A stretch of 12,127 nucleotides of DNA from positions 1 through 12,127 of the forward strand of contig JAFLUJ010000066.1 of NCBI GenBank assembly GCA_022511485.1. The letters are read 5' to 3'. This DNA is from Oscillospiraceae bacterium. GTDB lineage: Bacteria > Bacillota > Clostridia > Oscillospirales > Ruminococcaceae. The position numbers were made by a program, and so were the translations under genes. The notes below the pieces were generated by a model. The model saw only the letters and a list, made by a program, of their open reading frames with translations. It was not told the DNA's origin and did no database searches. Shown here piece by piece: positions 1-6,179 of this stretch. Every line of letters starts with the position of its first letter. Within the stretch, counting starts at the first letter, position 1.

Positions 1-1
1 G

Positions 2-895
2 GTATATATTTATGATGAAAAGGAAGAAAAGTTTGTTAAGTATAAAAATACATCATCTACATCATGTAAGGTGACAGGTCTTACTAAAAATAAAAAATAC
101 TATTTCAAGATCGCGACACTTACTCAAAGCGGAAGCAAAGTCACTGAGCATGAGTCTACAAAAAAATTGTCTGTAACAACAAAAGCAAAAGCAAAATCAA
201 GCAATTTACCGGCTGCTCCGTCGGCAGATTATACCGGATTTGCTACAAGCGGAGGCAAAAAGTATTATTATGAGAATGGAAAAAATGTTCAGGGCTTTAA
301 AAAAATCGGTTCAGACTATTATTTTTTTACTGAAAATGGCATGTTAAGCGGCTGGCTTAAGCATTATGGTCTTTATTATTATTTTGATAAAGAAGGAAAA
401 ATGGCGAAGGATGTTACATTATCATTCAGTGGTACAAAATATGAGTTCGATTCAGATGGTTCTGTTGTATGGTATACAGATACAAAAGAACCTACAGCAA
501 AATACACCGTTAAAGGTGATGAACTCAAAATTTCTATATTTACATCTTCTGAAACAGATACTGATGCGATATTAGCCATGATGCTTGTAAAAAATAATGG
601 AGATAAACCAATTACAATTTTTCCTGCTGCAAAATTAGTTGATAATAAATACTCAAGTTTTGACAGGGTACTTGGATTATTGAACAGTGATTTGAAATAT
701 GATGGAAAAGAGCAGACTATAAAAGCAAATTCGTATGATTATGTTACTTTTAAGTGTACTCCTGATTCCACATGGTATGATAAAAAAACGCGGATCATTT
801 TCCTTCTCAAATATGATAACACAACATATGAAGTAACTACAAGTAGTTATTACGGAACATATTATAAGGAAGCACATTTTAACTTTGATGATTAA
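2..895 (+). CDS. Cell-surface protein, 5'-truncated by the window edge: Fn3-like segment, then cell-wall-binding (choline-binding-type) repeats, then an uncharacterised beta-rich C-terminal domain
   Basis: Frame 2 is open from base 2 (VYIYDEKEEKFVKYKNTSSTSCKVTGLTKNKKYYFKIATLT reads like the last strands of an Fn3 domain). The GTG at 71 in the ORF track is therefore not the true start. Aromatic/Gly repeats (GKKYYYENGKNVQGF, GSDYYFFTENGMLSGW, GLYYYFDKEGKMAKD, GTKYEFDSDGSVV) are typical of clostridial cell-wall-binding repeats. Stop TAA is at 893-895, with a terminator at 1054-1096. Confidence 0.75.
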   Translation, partial: VYIYDEKEEKFVKYKNTSSTSCKVTGLTKNKKYYFKIATLTQSGSKVTEHESTKKLSVTTKAKAKSSNLPAAPSADYTGFATSGGKKYYYENGKNVQGFKKIGSDYYFFTENGMLSGWLKHYGLYYYFDKEGKMAKDVTLSFSGTKYEFDSDGSVVWYTDTKEPTAKYTVKGDELKISIFTSSETDTDAILAMMLVKNNGDKPITIFPAAKLVDNKYSSFDRVLGLLNSDLKYDGKEQTIKANSYDYVTFKCTPDSTWYDKKTRIIFLLKYDNTTYEVTTSSYYGTYYKEAHFNFDD

Positions 896-1053
896 AATTT
901 TGAAAAAATAGGGAAAAACCGCTTGTATTTGAGAGCTTTACACATTCTCAGGCGGTACATGACATTGAAGCTAATGGGTATTGATTTTGCTGCTGTACTG
1001 TAAAATTAAGCAATGATAAAATATGTAAGTGCAATTAAATTATATTTTCAAAT

Positions 1054-1096
1054 GGCAGGAATTTACTGTTTGACGGTAAAAATCCTGCCTTTTTTT
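1054..1096 (+). terminator. Rho-independent terminator of the surface-protein gene
   Basis: GGCAGGA (1054-1060) pairs with TCCTGCC (1083-1089). An inner TTTAC/GTAAA stem spans 1062-1066/1076-1080. A run of seven T follows directly (1090-1096). Confidence 0.75.
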
Positions 1097-1122
1097 GTTT
1101 GCTTGTCCTTACCTATGCATAC

Positions 1123-1151
1123 TTGACAAATTATGCACATAAGAGTATAAT
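1123..1151 (+). promoter_or_regulatory. SigA-type promoter of feoAB (exact consensus)
   Basis: TTGACA (1123-1128), a 17-nt spacer and TATAAT (1146-1151). The spacer contains the inverted repeat TTATG-CA-CATAA (1131-1142). The predicted TSS near 1158 means the ORF-track start at 1099 cannot be used. Confidence 0.7.
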
Positions 1152-1215
1152 AAAGTTAACGGAAACTAACTTATCGAAAGGAGAAGTGTCCTCGTCAGAG
1201 GGCATGGTTGTTTTT

Positions 1216-1461
1216 ATGACTTTGAATCAGCTTAAAACAGGTCAGTATGCTGTTATAACCGATGTTGGCGGCACAGGCGCTCTGCGCTGCCGTCTGCTTG
1301 ATATGGGACTTATCCCTAAAACTAAGGTCATGGTGAGGAAGGTTGCTCCTATGGGAGACCCTATCGAGCTGTTCCTGAGAGGATATGAGCTTACCATCCG
1401 TCTGGAGGACGCCGAAAAGATCACAGTCTCTCCCATTAAACAGGAGGTGGCTGCGGTATGA
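1216..1461 (+). CDS. feoA: Ferrous iron transport protein A (FeoA, SH3-like small protein)
   Basis: MTLNQLKTGQYAVITDVGG...LLDMGLIPKTKVMVRKVAPMGDPIELFLRGYELTIRLEDAEKI is a typical FeoA sequence. Its stop overlaps the feoB start in ATGA (1458-1461). Start choice is uncertain. The ATG at 1216 gives the family-typical N-terminus, the ATG at 1204 is an in-frame alternative, and the GTG at 1186 lies only 2 nt after the AAAGGAG Shine-Dalgarno. The ORF-track start at 1099 lies upstream of the promoter. Confidence 0.85.
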   Translation: MTLNQLKTGQYAVITDVGGTGALRCRLLDMGLIPKTKVMVRKVAPMGDPIELFLRGYELTIRLEDAEKITVSPIKQEVAAV

Positions 1462-3464
1462 TACTCGCATTAGCCGGAAATCAGAACTGCGGCAAGACTA
1501 CGCTTTTTAACCAGCTTACCGGCTCAAATCAGCACGTGGGAAATTTTCCCGGAGTGACTGTTGACAGAAAATCCGGCGAGATACGCGGGCACAAGGACTG
1601 CGAGGTCGTTGACCTTCCCGGTATTTACTCCATACGTCCCTACACAAACGAGGAGCGTGTAACAAGAGATTTTCTCATTGACGAAAAGCCGGACGCTATT
1701 ATAAATATCGCTGACGCAGCTAATATCGAGCGGAATCTCTATCTCACCCTGCAAATGCTGGAAATGAACATTCCCATGGTGCTTGCGCTCAATATGATGG
1801 ACGAGGTCCGGAACAACGGAGGCTCTATTGACGTCATGGAGCTTTCAAACCGGCTTGGGATACCGGTCCTCCCCATAAGTGCGGTAAAAAATGAGGGTAT
1901 TGACGAGCTTGTGGACGCTGTCATAGAATGTGCGCGGAAAAAGAAAAAGCCCCGGAAGCAGGATTTCTGCCACGGAGCTGTACATAGATGCATACACGCA
2001 GTTTCCCACATGATCGAGGATCACGCTCTGATTGCGGAAATTTCTCCCCGTTTTGCCGCCACAAAGCTTGTGGAGAACGATCCTGACATTAACCAGAAGC
2101 TGGGTCTTAACGAAAATGAGCTGGAAATGATTGAGCACAGCGTTTCTGAAATGGAAAAGGAGCTTGACATGGACAGAAACGCCGCTCTTGCGGATATGCG
2201 CTATACCTTTATTGAGGAGGTCTGCTCCGGGACGGTGGTCAAGTGCCGGGAAAGCAAGGAGCACATCAGAAGCGTAAGGATAGACAGCGTACTTACAAAC
2301 AAGTATCTTGCTATACCGCTGTTCCTTTGCATGATGCTGCTGGTTTTCTGGATAACCTTCGGTTCTGTAGGAGTATGGCTCAGCGATCTTTTTTCCGCTT
2401 TTATCGACTTTGTCACAGAGGGTATAGACAAGGCTCTGACGCTGTACGGGATAAATCCGGTGGTGCATAGTCTTATTATAGACGGTATATTTGCGGGAGT
2501 GGGAAGCGTCCTTGGATTCCTCCCGACTATCGTTACGCTCTTTTTCTGCCTGTCAATTCTGGAGGACAGCGGCTATATGGCGCGTGTCGCTTTTGTTATG
2601 GATAAGCTGCTCCGTAAGATCGGTCTTTCGGGACGTTCCTTTGTGCCTATGCTTATCGGATTCGGCTGCAGTGTTCCCGCTATTATGGCGACCAGAACGC
2701 TTTCCTCTGAACGGGACAGGAGAATGACCATTTTCCTCACTCCGTACATGAGCTGCAGTGCAAAGCTTCCTATTTACGCAGTTTTTACAGCAGCGTTCTT
2801 TCCGAAGCATAAGGCGCTGGTCATGATGGCTCTGTACGTTTCCGGAATGCTTGTGGGAATAGTCTGCGGACTTATCATGAACAAGACCAAGTTCAAGGGA
2901 AATCCCGTCCCATTTGTTATGGAGCTTCCTAATTACCGTTTTCCATCGGCAAAGAGTGTCGGACTTTTAATGTGGGACAAAGCCAAGGATTTCCTTGAAA
3001 GAGCCTTCACGGTAATATTCTTTGCTACAATTATAATCTGGTTTTTACAGAACTTCGACGCGCACCTTAATGTAACGTCCGACAGCTCAAACAGTCTGCT
3101 TGCAATGCTGGGAATGGTCATAGCTCCGCTGTTTGCACCGCTTGGATTCGGAGACTGGCGTGCAGCTACCGCCCTTATCACAGGCTTTACTGCCAAGGAA
3201 GCAGTGGTGTCAACTCTTGCGGTACTGACCGGTTCAAGCGTATCCGATCTGGAAACAGTTCTTTCCGGAATGTTTTCTCCGCTCACTGCTGCAAGCTTTC
3301 TGGCGTTTACACTTCTGTACACTCCCTGTGTTGCTGCAATTGCGGCAGTCAAGAGGGAAATGAACAGCAGTTGGTCTGCTCTTGTTATGGTATTTGTTCA
3401 ATGCGCCGTGGCGTGGGTGGTTTCCTTTGCTGTATTTCATGTGGGAAGCTTCATCGTGGGATAG
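1458..3464 (+). CDS. feoB: Ferrous iron transporter FeoB (N-terminal G-domain plus polytopic permease)
   Basis: G1 motif GNQNCGKTTLFNQLTG, DLPGIYS (G3) and NMMD (G4) are followed by a long hydrophobic permease with the conserved gate-like segments (SILEDSGYMARVAFVMD, GFGCSVPAIMATRTL). GGAGG (1443-1447) lies 10 nt upstream of the ATG at 1458. The gene is translationally coupled to feoA. Confidence 0.95.
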   Translation: MILALAGNQNCGKTTLFNQLTGSNQHVGNFPGVTVDRKSGEIRGHKDCEVVDLPGIYSIRPYTNEERVTRDFLIDEKPDAIINIADAANIERNLYLTLQMLEMNIPMVLALNMMDEVRNNGGSIDVMELSNRLGIPVLPISAVKNEGIDELVDAVIECARKKKKPRKQDFCHGAVHRCIHAVSHMIEDHALIAEISPRFAATKLVENDPDINQKLGLNENELEMIEHSVSEMEKELDMDRNAALADMRYTFIEEVCSGTVVKCRESKEHIRSVRIDSVLTNKYLAIPLFLCMMLLVFWITFGSVGVWLSDLFSAFIDFVTEGIDKALTLYGINPVVHSLIIDGIFAGVGSVLGFLPTIVTLFFCLSILEDSGYMARVAFVMDKLLRKIGLSGRSFVPMLIGFGCSVPAIMATRTLSSERDRRMTIFLTPYMSCSAKLPIYAVFTAAFFPKHKALVMMALYVSGMLVGIVCGLIMNKTKFKGNPVPFVMELPNYRFPSAKSVGLLMWDKAKDFLERAFTVIFFATIIIWFLQNFDAHLNVTSDSSNSLLAMLGMVIAPLFAPLGFGDWRAATALITGFTAKEAVVSTLAVLTGSSVSDLETVLSGMFSPLTAASFLAFTLLYTPCVAAIAAVKREMNSSWSALVMVFVQCAVAWVVSFAVFHVGSFIVG

Positions 3465-3510
3465 ATAGGTTTTGACGGGTGAGCAGCTTCCCAAATGTCA
3501 TAATATGGTA

Positions 3511-3747
3511 TTATTTGTTAGAGAAAATATTGAAATCCATAAGCTTTTGTTTTGAAAATACGGCGGCAAGAGCCATGGGAGCAAGTACTAAGGCTGCTGA
3601 AACGCCTCCGGATACTGCTGCTGCAATGAATATAAGCATAATTACTCCTGCCAGCTTCTGAGGAATGAGGCTGGCTTTTTTTCTGCGGACGGTCATGGTA
3701 ATTTTTTTTGCCTCCGGCATAAGAATTTTTGCATTTGAACCTGTCAT
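3511..3747 (-). CDS. Small (78 aa) membrane protein of unknown function, predicted SOS-regulated
   Basis: MTGSNAKILMPEAKKITMTVRRKKASLIPQKLAGVIMLIFIAAAVSGGVSAALVLAPMALAAVFSKQKLMDFNIFSNK has a basic N-terminus, a ~33-residue hydrophobic core and a short polar tail. The ATG at 3747 is preceded by AAAGGAA (3762-3756) with 8-nt spacing. The ORF-track start at 3819 lies inside the promoter spacer and cannot be transcribed. A dedicated consensus promoter lies 60 nt upstream. I recognise no family, and the coding call rests on the RBS, the promoter and hydrophobicity only. Confidence 0.6.
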   Translation of the reverse strand: MTGSNAKILMPEAKKITMTVRRKKASLIPQKLAGVIMLIFIAAAVSGGVSAALVLAPMALAAVFSKQKLMDFNIFSNK

Positions 3748-3787
3748 TTTGATCGTTCCTTTCTTTTCTTCGGAGACACATATGTTC

Positions 3788-3801
3788 CGAACGAGTGTTC
3801 T
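3788..3801 (-). promoter_or_regulatory. LexA (Cheo/SOS) box 2, covering the predicted transcription start
   Basis: The plus strand reads CGAAC-GAGT-GTTCT, with a full GAAC-N4-GTTC core. It lies 6 nt downstream of the -10 hexamer. Degenerate extra sites flank the pair: ACAC-ATAT-GTTC at 3776-3787 and GAAA-ATTT-GTTCG at 3846-3858. Confidence 0.6.
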
Positions 3802-3807
3802 TTTTAT

Positions 3808-3836
3808 ATTATAGAACAATCGTTCTGGTTTGTCAA
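3808..3836 (-). promoter_or_regulatory. SigA-type promoter (exact consensus) of the small membrane protein gene
   Basis: On the minus strand: TTGACA (3836-3831), a 17-nt spacer and TATAAT (3813-3808). The predicted TSS is near 3801-3800, giving a ~53-nt leader. Confidence 0.75.
3813..3826 (-). promoter_or_regulatory. LexA (Cheo/SOS) box 1, inside the promoter spacer and touching the -10
   Basis: The plus strand reads AGAAC-AATC-GTTCT. This matches the Firmicute LexA/DinR consensus CGAAC-N4-GTTCG in the full GAAC-N4-GTTC core and extends it as a 5+5 inverted repeat. Confidence 0.6.
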
Positions 3837-3871
3837 GAGATTTTGGAAAATTTGTTCGCTAAAATTTGCAC

Positions 3872-3901
3872 AAAAAATCCTCAGATATTTTCTGAGGATT
3901 T
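3872..3901 (-). terminator. Rho-independent terminator (minus-strand orientation) insulating the SOS promoter from upstream transcription
   Basis: A 10-bp stem pairs 3875-3884 with 3892-3901 (AAATCCTCAG/CTGAGGATTT) around a 7-nt loop. On the minus strand the T tract is TTTTTTG (3877-3871); its first three T (3877-3875) complete the stem and TTTG follows. On the plus strand the stem is followed only by ATATATT. Confidence 0.65.
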
Positions 3902-3957
3902 ATATATTATGTATATAAAATCAATGGTTTATATAATTACATTAAAATATTATACTA

Positions 3958-4145
3958 TTTCCCTTTTTAAATATATGGGCTTTGCCCATATATTTAAAAA
4001 GCGCCGTATTGAATACGGCGCAGCGGCGTAGCCGCTGGGAAAGCCGTTCAATACTAATCCAGTCAAAACCAACGGTTTTGACTGCCGCCTGTAAAGGCGG
4101 CTTTACCAATAGACTATGTCTATTGGTAAATTAGGGATTAGTATT
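3958..4145. other. Array of six contiguous perfect hairpins forming two tandem four-way junctions (structured RNA or DNA-level palindromic element, strand undetermined)
   Basis: Domain A has a closing stem 3958-3963/4037-4042 (6 bp). It encloses hairpins 3964-4000 (17 bp, loop TTT), 4001-4021 (9 bp, loop TGA) and 4022-4036 (6 bp, loop GTA), with zero junction nucleotides. A 7-nt linker GCCGTTC follows. Domain B has a closing stem 4050-4060/4135-4145 (11 bp). It encloses hairpins 4061-4083 (10 bp, loop AAC), 4084-4101 (7 bp, loop GTAA) and 4102-4130 (13 bp, loop TAT), followed by 4 unpaired nt TTAG. All 79 pairs are Watson-Crick, with no mismatch or G-T. The confidence refers to the existence of the structure-forming sequence, not to any function. 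Confidence 0.8.
3996..4021 (-). terminator. Probable rho-independent terminator of the Na/Pi transporter transcript (hairpin 2 of the array plus T run)
   Basis: On the minus strand, GCGCCGTAT-TCA-ATACGGCGC (4021-4001, a 9-bp GC-rich stem) is followed immediately by TTTTTAAAT (4000-3992). Confidence 0.55.
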
Positions 4146-5943
4146 ACAAGCTGTATTTTGTCATGTATTGCTCTGTAAGATTAAGATATTCCTCATCACT
4201 GCTTTCGTGCTGTGCCTTGATGTATTCGTGACGGCTGACAAAATCTCTCTTTTTCTGAGCTCCTATGACGTATACCGCAACATTTGAACAGTGGTCGGAA
4301 ATTCTTTCCAGATTTATAAGCAGGTCAAGGAAATTAACTCCGCTTTCAATTATACACTCGCCGTTTTTCAGACGTTCAATATGTCTTGCTTTCAGAGTTT
4401 CGTTGAGATAGTCCACAGTTTCTTCAAGAGGCTCTATCTTTGTGGCGATCTCCACACTGTTGTTTTTAGCTGCCTCCACAGCCATGCTGATGATCTCCTG
4501 GACTGCATCGGAAATAACTCCAAGCTCGTGCAGAGCGCTTTCGGAGAAAACTACGTCCTCCAGACCATGAATTTTTTCCGCGTCCTCTATAAGATTCATT
4601 GCATAGTCTCCGATACGTTCAAACTCGGAGGTCAGATGCAGAAGCTCGGTGACGCGGCGGTTTTCGTAATCGGTCAGACCACATTCCGTAAGCTTTACAA
4701 GATATGCGTTGAGCCTGTCCTCCATGCGGTCGATGGATGTCTCGTTATCCCTGAGCTTACTGACGATCTTGTCGCTGTAGTATTCATCAACAAACAGCTT
4801 GCGCATTTCCTTAAAGTTCTTAAGGGCAAGCTTTCCCATTGTTACAACTGTATTATTTGCCTGCTGTATTGCAAGGGCAGGGGATTTCAGCAGACGGTCG
4901 TCAAGAGTGTCAACAACGATCTCTCCGCCGTCCTCATCGTCCGCCGCTTTATCACGGATCGTAAGGCAGGCAAGCTTTTCAAGGAGTTTTGTAAATGGCA
5001 GGAACAGGAGAGTTACCGTTACATTAAAGAACGTGTGGAAGTTGGCAATTCCGCCCATGTCAATGGTATTTTCCCAGAAGGGGAAGCCGATAGTTGCCTT
5101 TATTGTATACACAACTGCAAGGAACAGCACAGTACCTATGACATTGAAATAAAGGTGAACTGCCGCCGCACGCTTGGCGTTTTTGGACGCTCCCACAGCG
5201 GAAATTATGGATGTAACACAAGTACCTATGTTTTGTCCCATGATTATTGGAAACGCCGCGGAATTTTTCAGTGCACCGCTTTGTGAGATCGCTTGCAGGA
5301 TACCAACAGAAGCCGCGGAGCTTTGAAGTATGGCTGTGACTATAGCTCCTGCAATAACTCCAAGGATAGGATTTGAAAGAGCCGCGAAAAGATCCTGAAA
5401 CTGCTGTAATTCAGAAAGTGGTTTAACGGAATCGCTCATGGAAAGCATACCGGTAAAAAGGATGCCCAGTCCGATAAAGGTCTCACCCAGACTTTTTTTT
5501 ACATCGCTTTTTGAGAGCATATAGATAAGCAGACCGATGATAGAAATTATGGGTGCGAGATATTTGGTATTAAGGAGCTGTAAAATTATGTTTGTATCAG
5601 CGCTGCTTTCCAAGCCAGCAAGACGGAGTATCTGTCCTGTGACGGTAGAACCGATATTAGCACCCATAATTACGCCGATAGCCGAGGAAAGCTTTAATAT
5701 GCCGGAGTTTACCATTCCGACGATGATTACTGTAGTTGCGCCGGAGCTTTGTATAGCGGCTGTGACTACCGCTCCCAGAAAGACGCTTTTGAAAATGTTG
5801 CTTGTAAGACCGGAAAGGATCTTTTCCATCTTACCTCCGGAAACCTTTTCAAGTCCCTTTCCCAGCATTGTTTTTCCGTACATGAACAATGCAATGCCGC
5901 CGAATGCCTGGATCGCTATCAAAAAAATATCGGTACCGGTCAT
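4144..5943 (-). CDS. Na+/phosphate cotransporter family protein with C-terminal PhoU-like domain (NptA/YjbB-like)
   Basis: The N-terminal half is polytopic, with duplicated Na/Pi-cotransporter motifs (GAVVTAAIQSSGATTVIIVGM and GAIVTAILQSSAASVGIL). The C-terminal half is helical, with two PhoU-type motifs (FERIGDYAMNLIED and LERISDHCSNVAVY). I chose the start at ATG 5943 (MTGTDIFLIAIQAFGG). It is preceded by AAAGGAGA with ~6-nt spacing, and the 15 extra basic residues in the ORF track lack an RBS. Stop TAA is at 4146-4144. Confidence 0.9.
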   Translation of the reverse strand: MTGTDIFLIAIQAFGGIALFMYGKTMLGKGLEKVSGGKMEKILSGLTSNIFKSVFLGAVVTAAIQSSGATTVIIVGMVNSGILKLSSAIGVIMGANIGSTVTGQILRLAGLESSADTNIILQLLNTKYLAPIISIIGLLIYMLSKSDVKKSLGETFIGLGILFTGMLSMSDSVKPLSELQQFQDLFAALSNPILGVIAGAIVTAILQSSAASVGILQAISQSGALKNSAAFPIIMGQNIGTCVTSIISAVGASKNAKRAAAVHLYFNVIGTVLFLAVVYTIKATIGFPFWENTIDMGGIANFHTFFNVTVTLLFLPFTKLLEKLACLTIRDKAADDEDGGEIVVDTLDDRLLKSPALAIQQANNTVVTMGKLALKNFKEMRKLFVDEYYSDKIVSKLRDNETSIDRMEDRLNAYLVKLTECGLTDYENRRVTELLHLTSEFERIGDYAMNLIEDAEKIHGLEDVVFSESALHELGVISDAVQEIISMAVEAAKNNSVEIATKIEPLEETVDYLNETLKARHIERLKNGECIIESGVNFLDLLINLERISDHCSNVAVYVIGAQKKRDFVSRHEYIKAQHESSDEEYLNLTEQYMTKYSL

Positions 5944-6018
5944 ATTTTTTCTCCTTTTAACTTTTCTGCGGGACTCTCCGCACTTCACCTTTTACATTTT
6001 ACTTCTTACTACGTCTTA

Positions 6019-6027
6019 ATTATAGCA
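6019..6027 (-). promoter_or_regulatory. Candidate extended -10 promoter (TGcTATAAT) for the Na/Pi transporter gene
   Basis: The minus strand reads TGCTATAAT. The -35 region is poor (CTTTTA at 17 nt). This would give a ~65-nt leader. Nothing supports it beyond the motif. Confidence 0.35.
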
Positions 6028-6179
6028 TATAGAAAAATTAATAAAAGTAGTTTTTATGACAAATATTATTTTCTCGGTTTTATACAAACTTTTTGAAGTA
6101 TCCTGTAAAAAAATTATATACTTTCCTCTATTTCAAAAATCAGAGTGTAAATCATAATTTAGCGTCTTTTGCAAAATCC

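Noticed and set aside
1014-1142. Fur box upstream of feoAB
   Set aside because: The best candidates (TGATAAAATATGTAA at 1014-1028; TGACAAATTATGCA at 1124-1137) match only about 9 of 15 positions of TGATAATnATTATCA, or need an indel. That is not enough to annotate.
1099-1215. Long N-terminal extension of feoA (ORF-track start at 1099)
   Set aside because: The extension begins upstream of and runs through the TTGACA-17-TATAAT promoter (1123-1151). Its sequence (MLVLTYAYLTNYAHK...) is not FeoA-like. FeoA family proteins start at the MTLNQLKxG-type motif.
3443-3492. GGGAAGCT ... AGCTTCCC inverted repeat at the feoB 3' end as a bidirectional terminator
   Set aside because: The 8-bp stem closes a 34-nt loop with no convincing inner pairing, and no T run follows on either strand. 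I could not identify a clear terminator between the convergent feoB and small-ORF genes.
3472-3504. Possible plus-strand antisense promoter (TTGACG ... TGtCATAAT) facing the 3' end of the small ORF, which would suggest a type I toxin-antitoxin sRNA
   Set aside because: The spacer between the hexamers is 21 nt, too long for a functional SigA promoter, and no downstream terminator is visible. I therefore have no sequence support for an antitoxin RNA.
3748-3819. N-terminal 24-codon extension of the small ORF (ORF-track start at 3819, 102 aa)
   Set aside because: The ATG at 3819 lies inside the spacer of the consensus promoter (3808-3836), upstream of the predicted TSS. It has no RBS, whereas the ATG at 3747 has AAAGGAA at 8 nt.
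3795-4031. 78-aa plus-strand ORF spanning the SOS promoter, the AT-rich spacer and the first hairpins
   Set aside because: It is made of promoter, terminator and palindrome sequence, has no RBS, and shows AT-rich low-complexity codon content (MFFLYYRTIVL...). The stems explain the sequence better than coding does.
3958-4145. The two cloverleaf-like folds as a pair of tRNA genes or a tRNA-like element
   Set aside because: The stem lengths (6/17/9/6 and 11/10/7/13 bp) and 3-4-nt loops are incompatible with the tRNA 7/4/5/5 architecture. There are no 7-nt anticodon or T loops, no conserved GG, TTC or CCA features, and no A/B box-like sequence.
4291-5286. 331-aa plus-strand ORF, with the nested ORF 4799-5152
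   Set aside because: These are antisense shadow ORFs inside the well-supported Na/Pi transporter gene, with no RBS and low-complexity, non-family-like sequence. The same reasoning applies to the minus-strand ORFs inside feoB (1524-1754, 1739-2011, 1845-2468, 2201-2431, 2553-2810, 2933-3352, 3234-3494), to the alternative-frame plus-strand ORFs inside feoB (2243-2470, 2491-2727), and to the overlapping ORFs inside the MBOAT and ABC genes.
5944-5988. 15-codon basic extension (MKCGESRRKVKRRKN) of the Na/Pi transporter
   Set aside because: It has no RBS. The internal ATG at 5943 has a strong AAAGGAGA Shine-Dalgarno at ideal spacing and gives the family-typical N-terminus.
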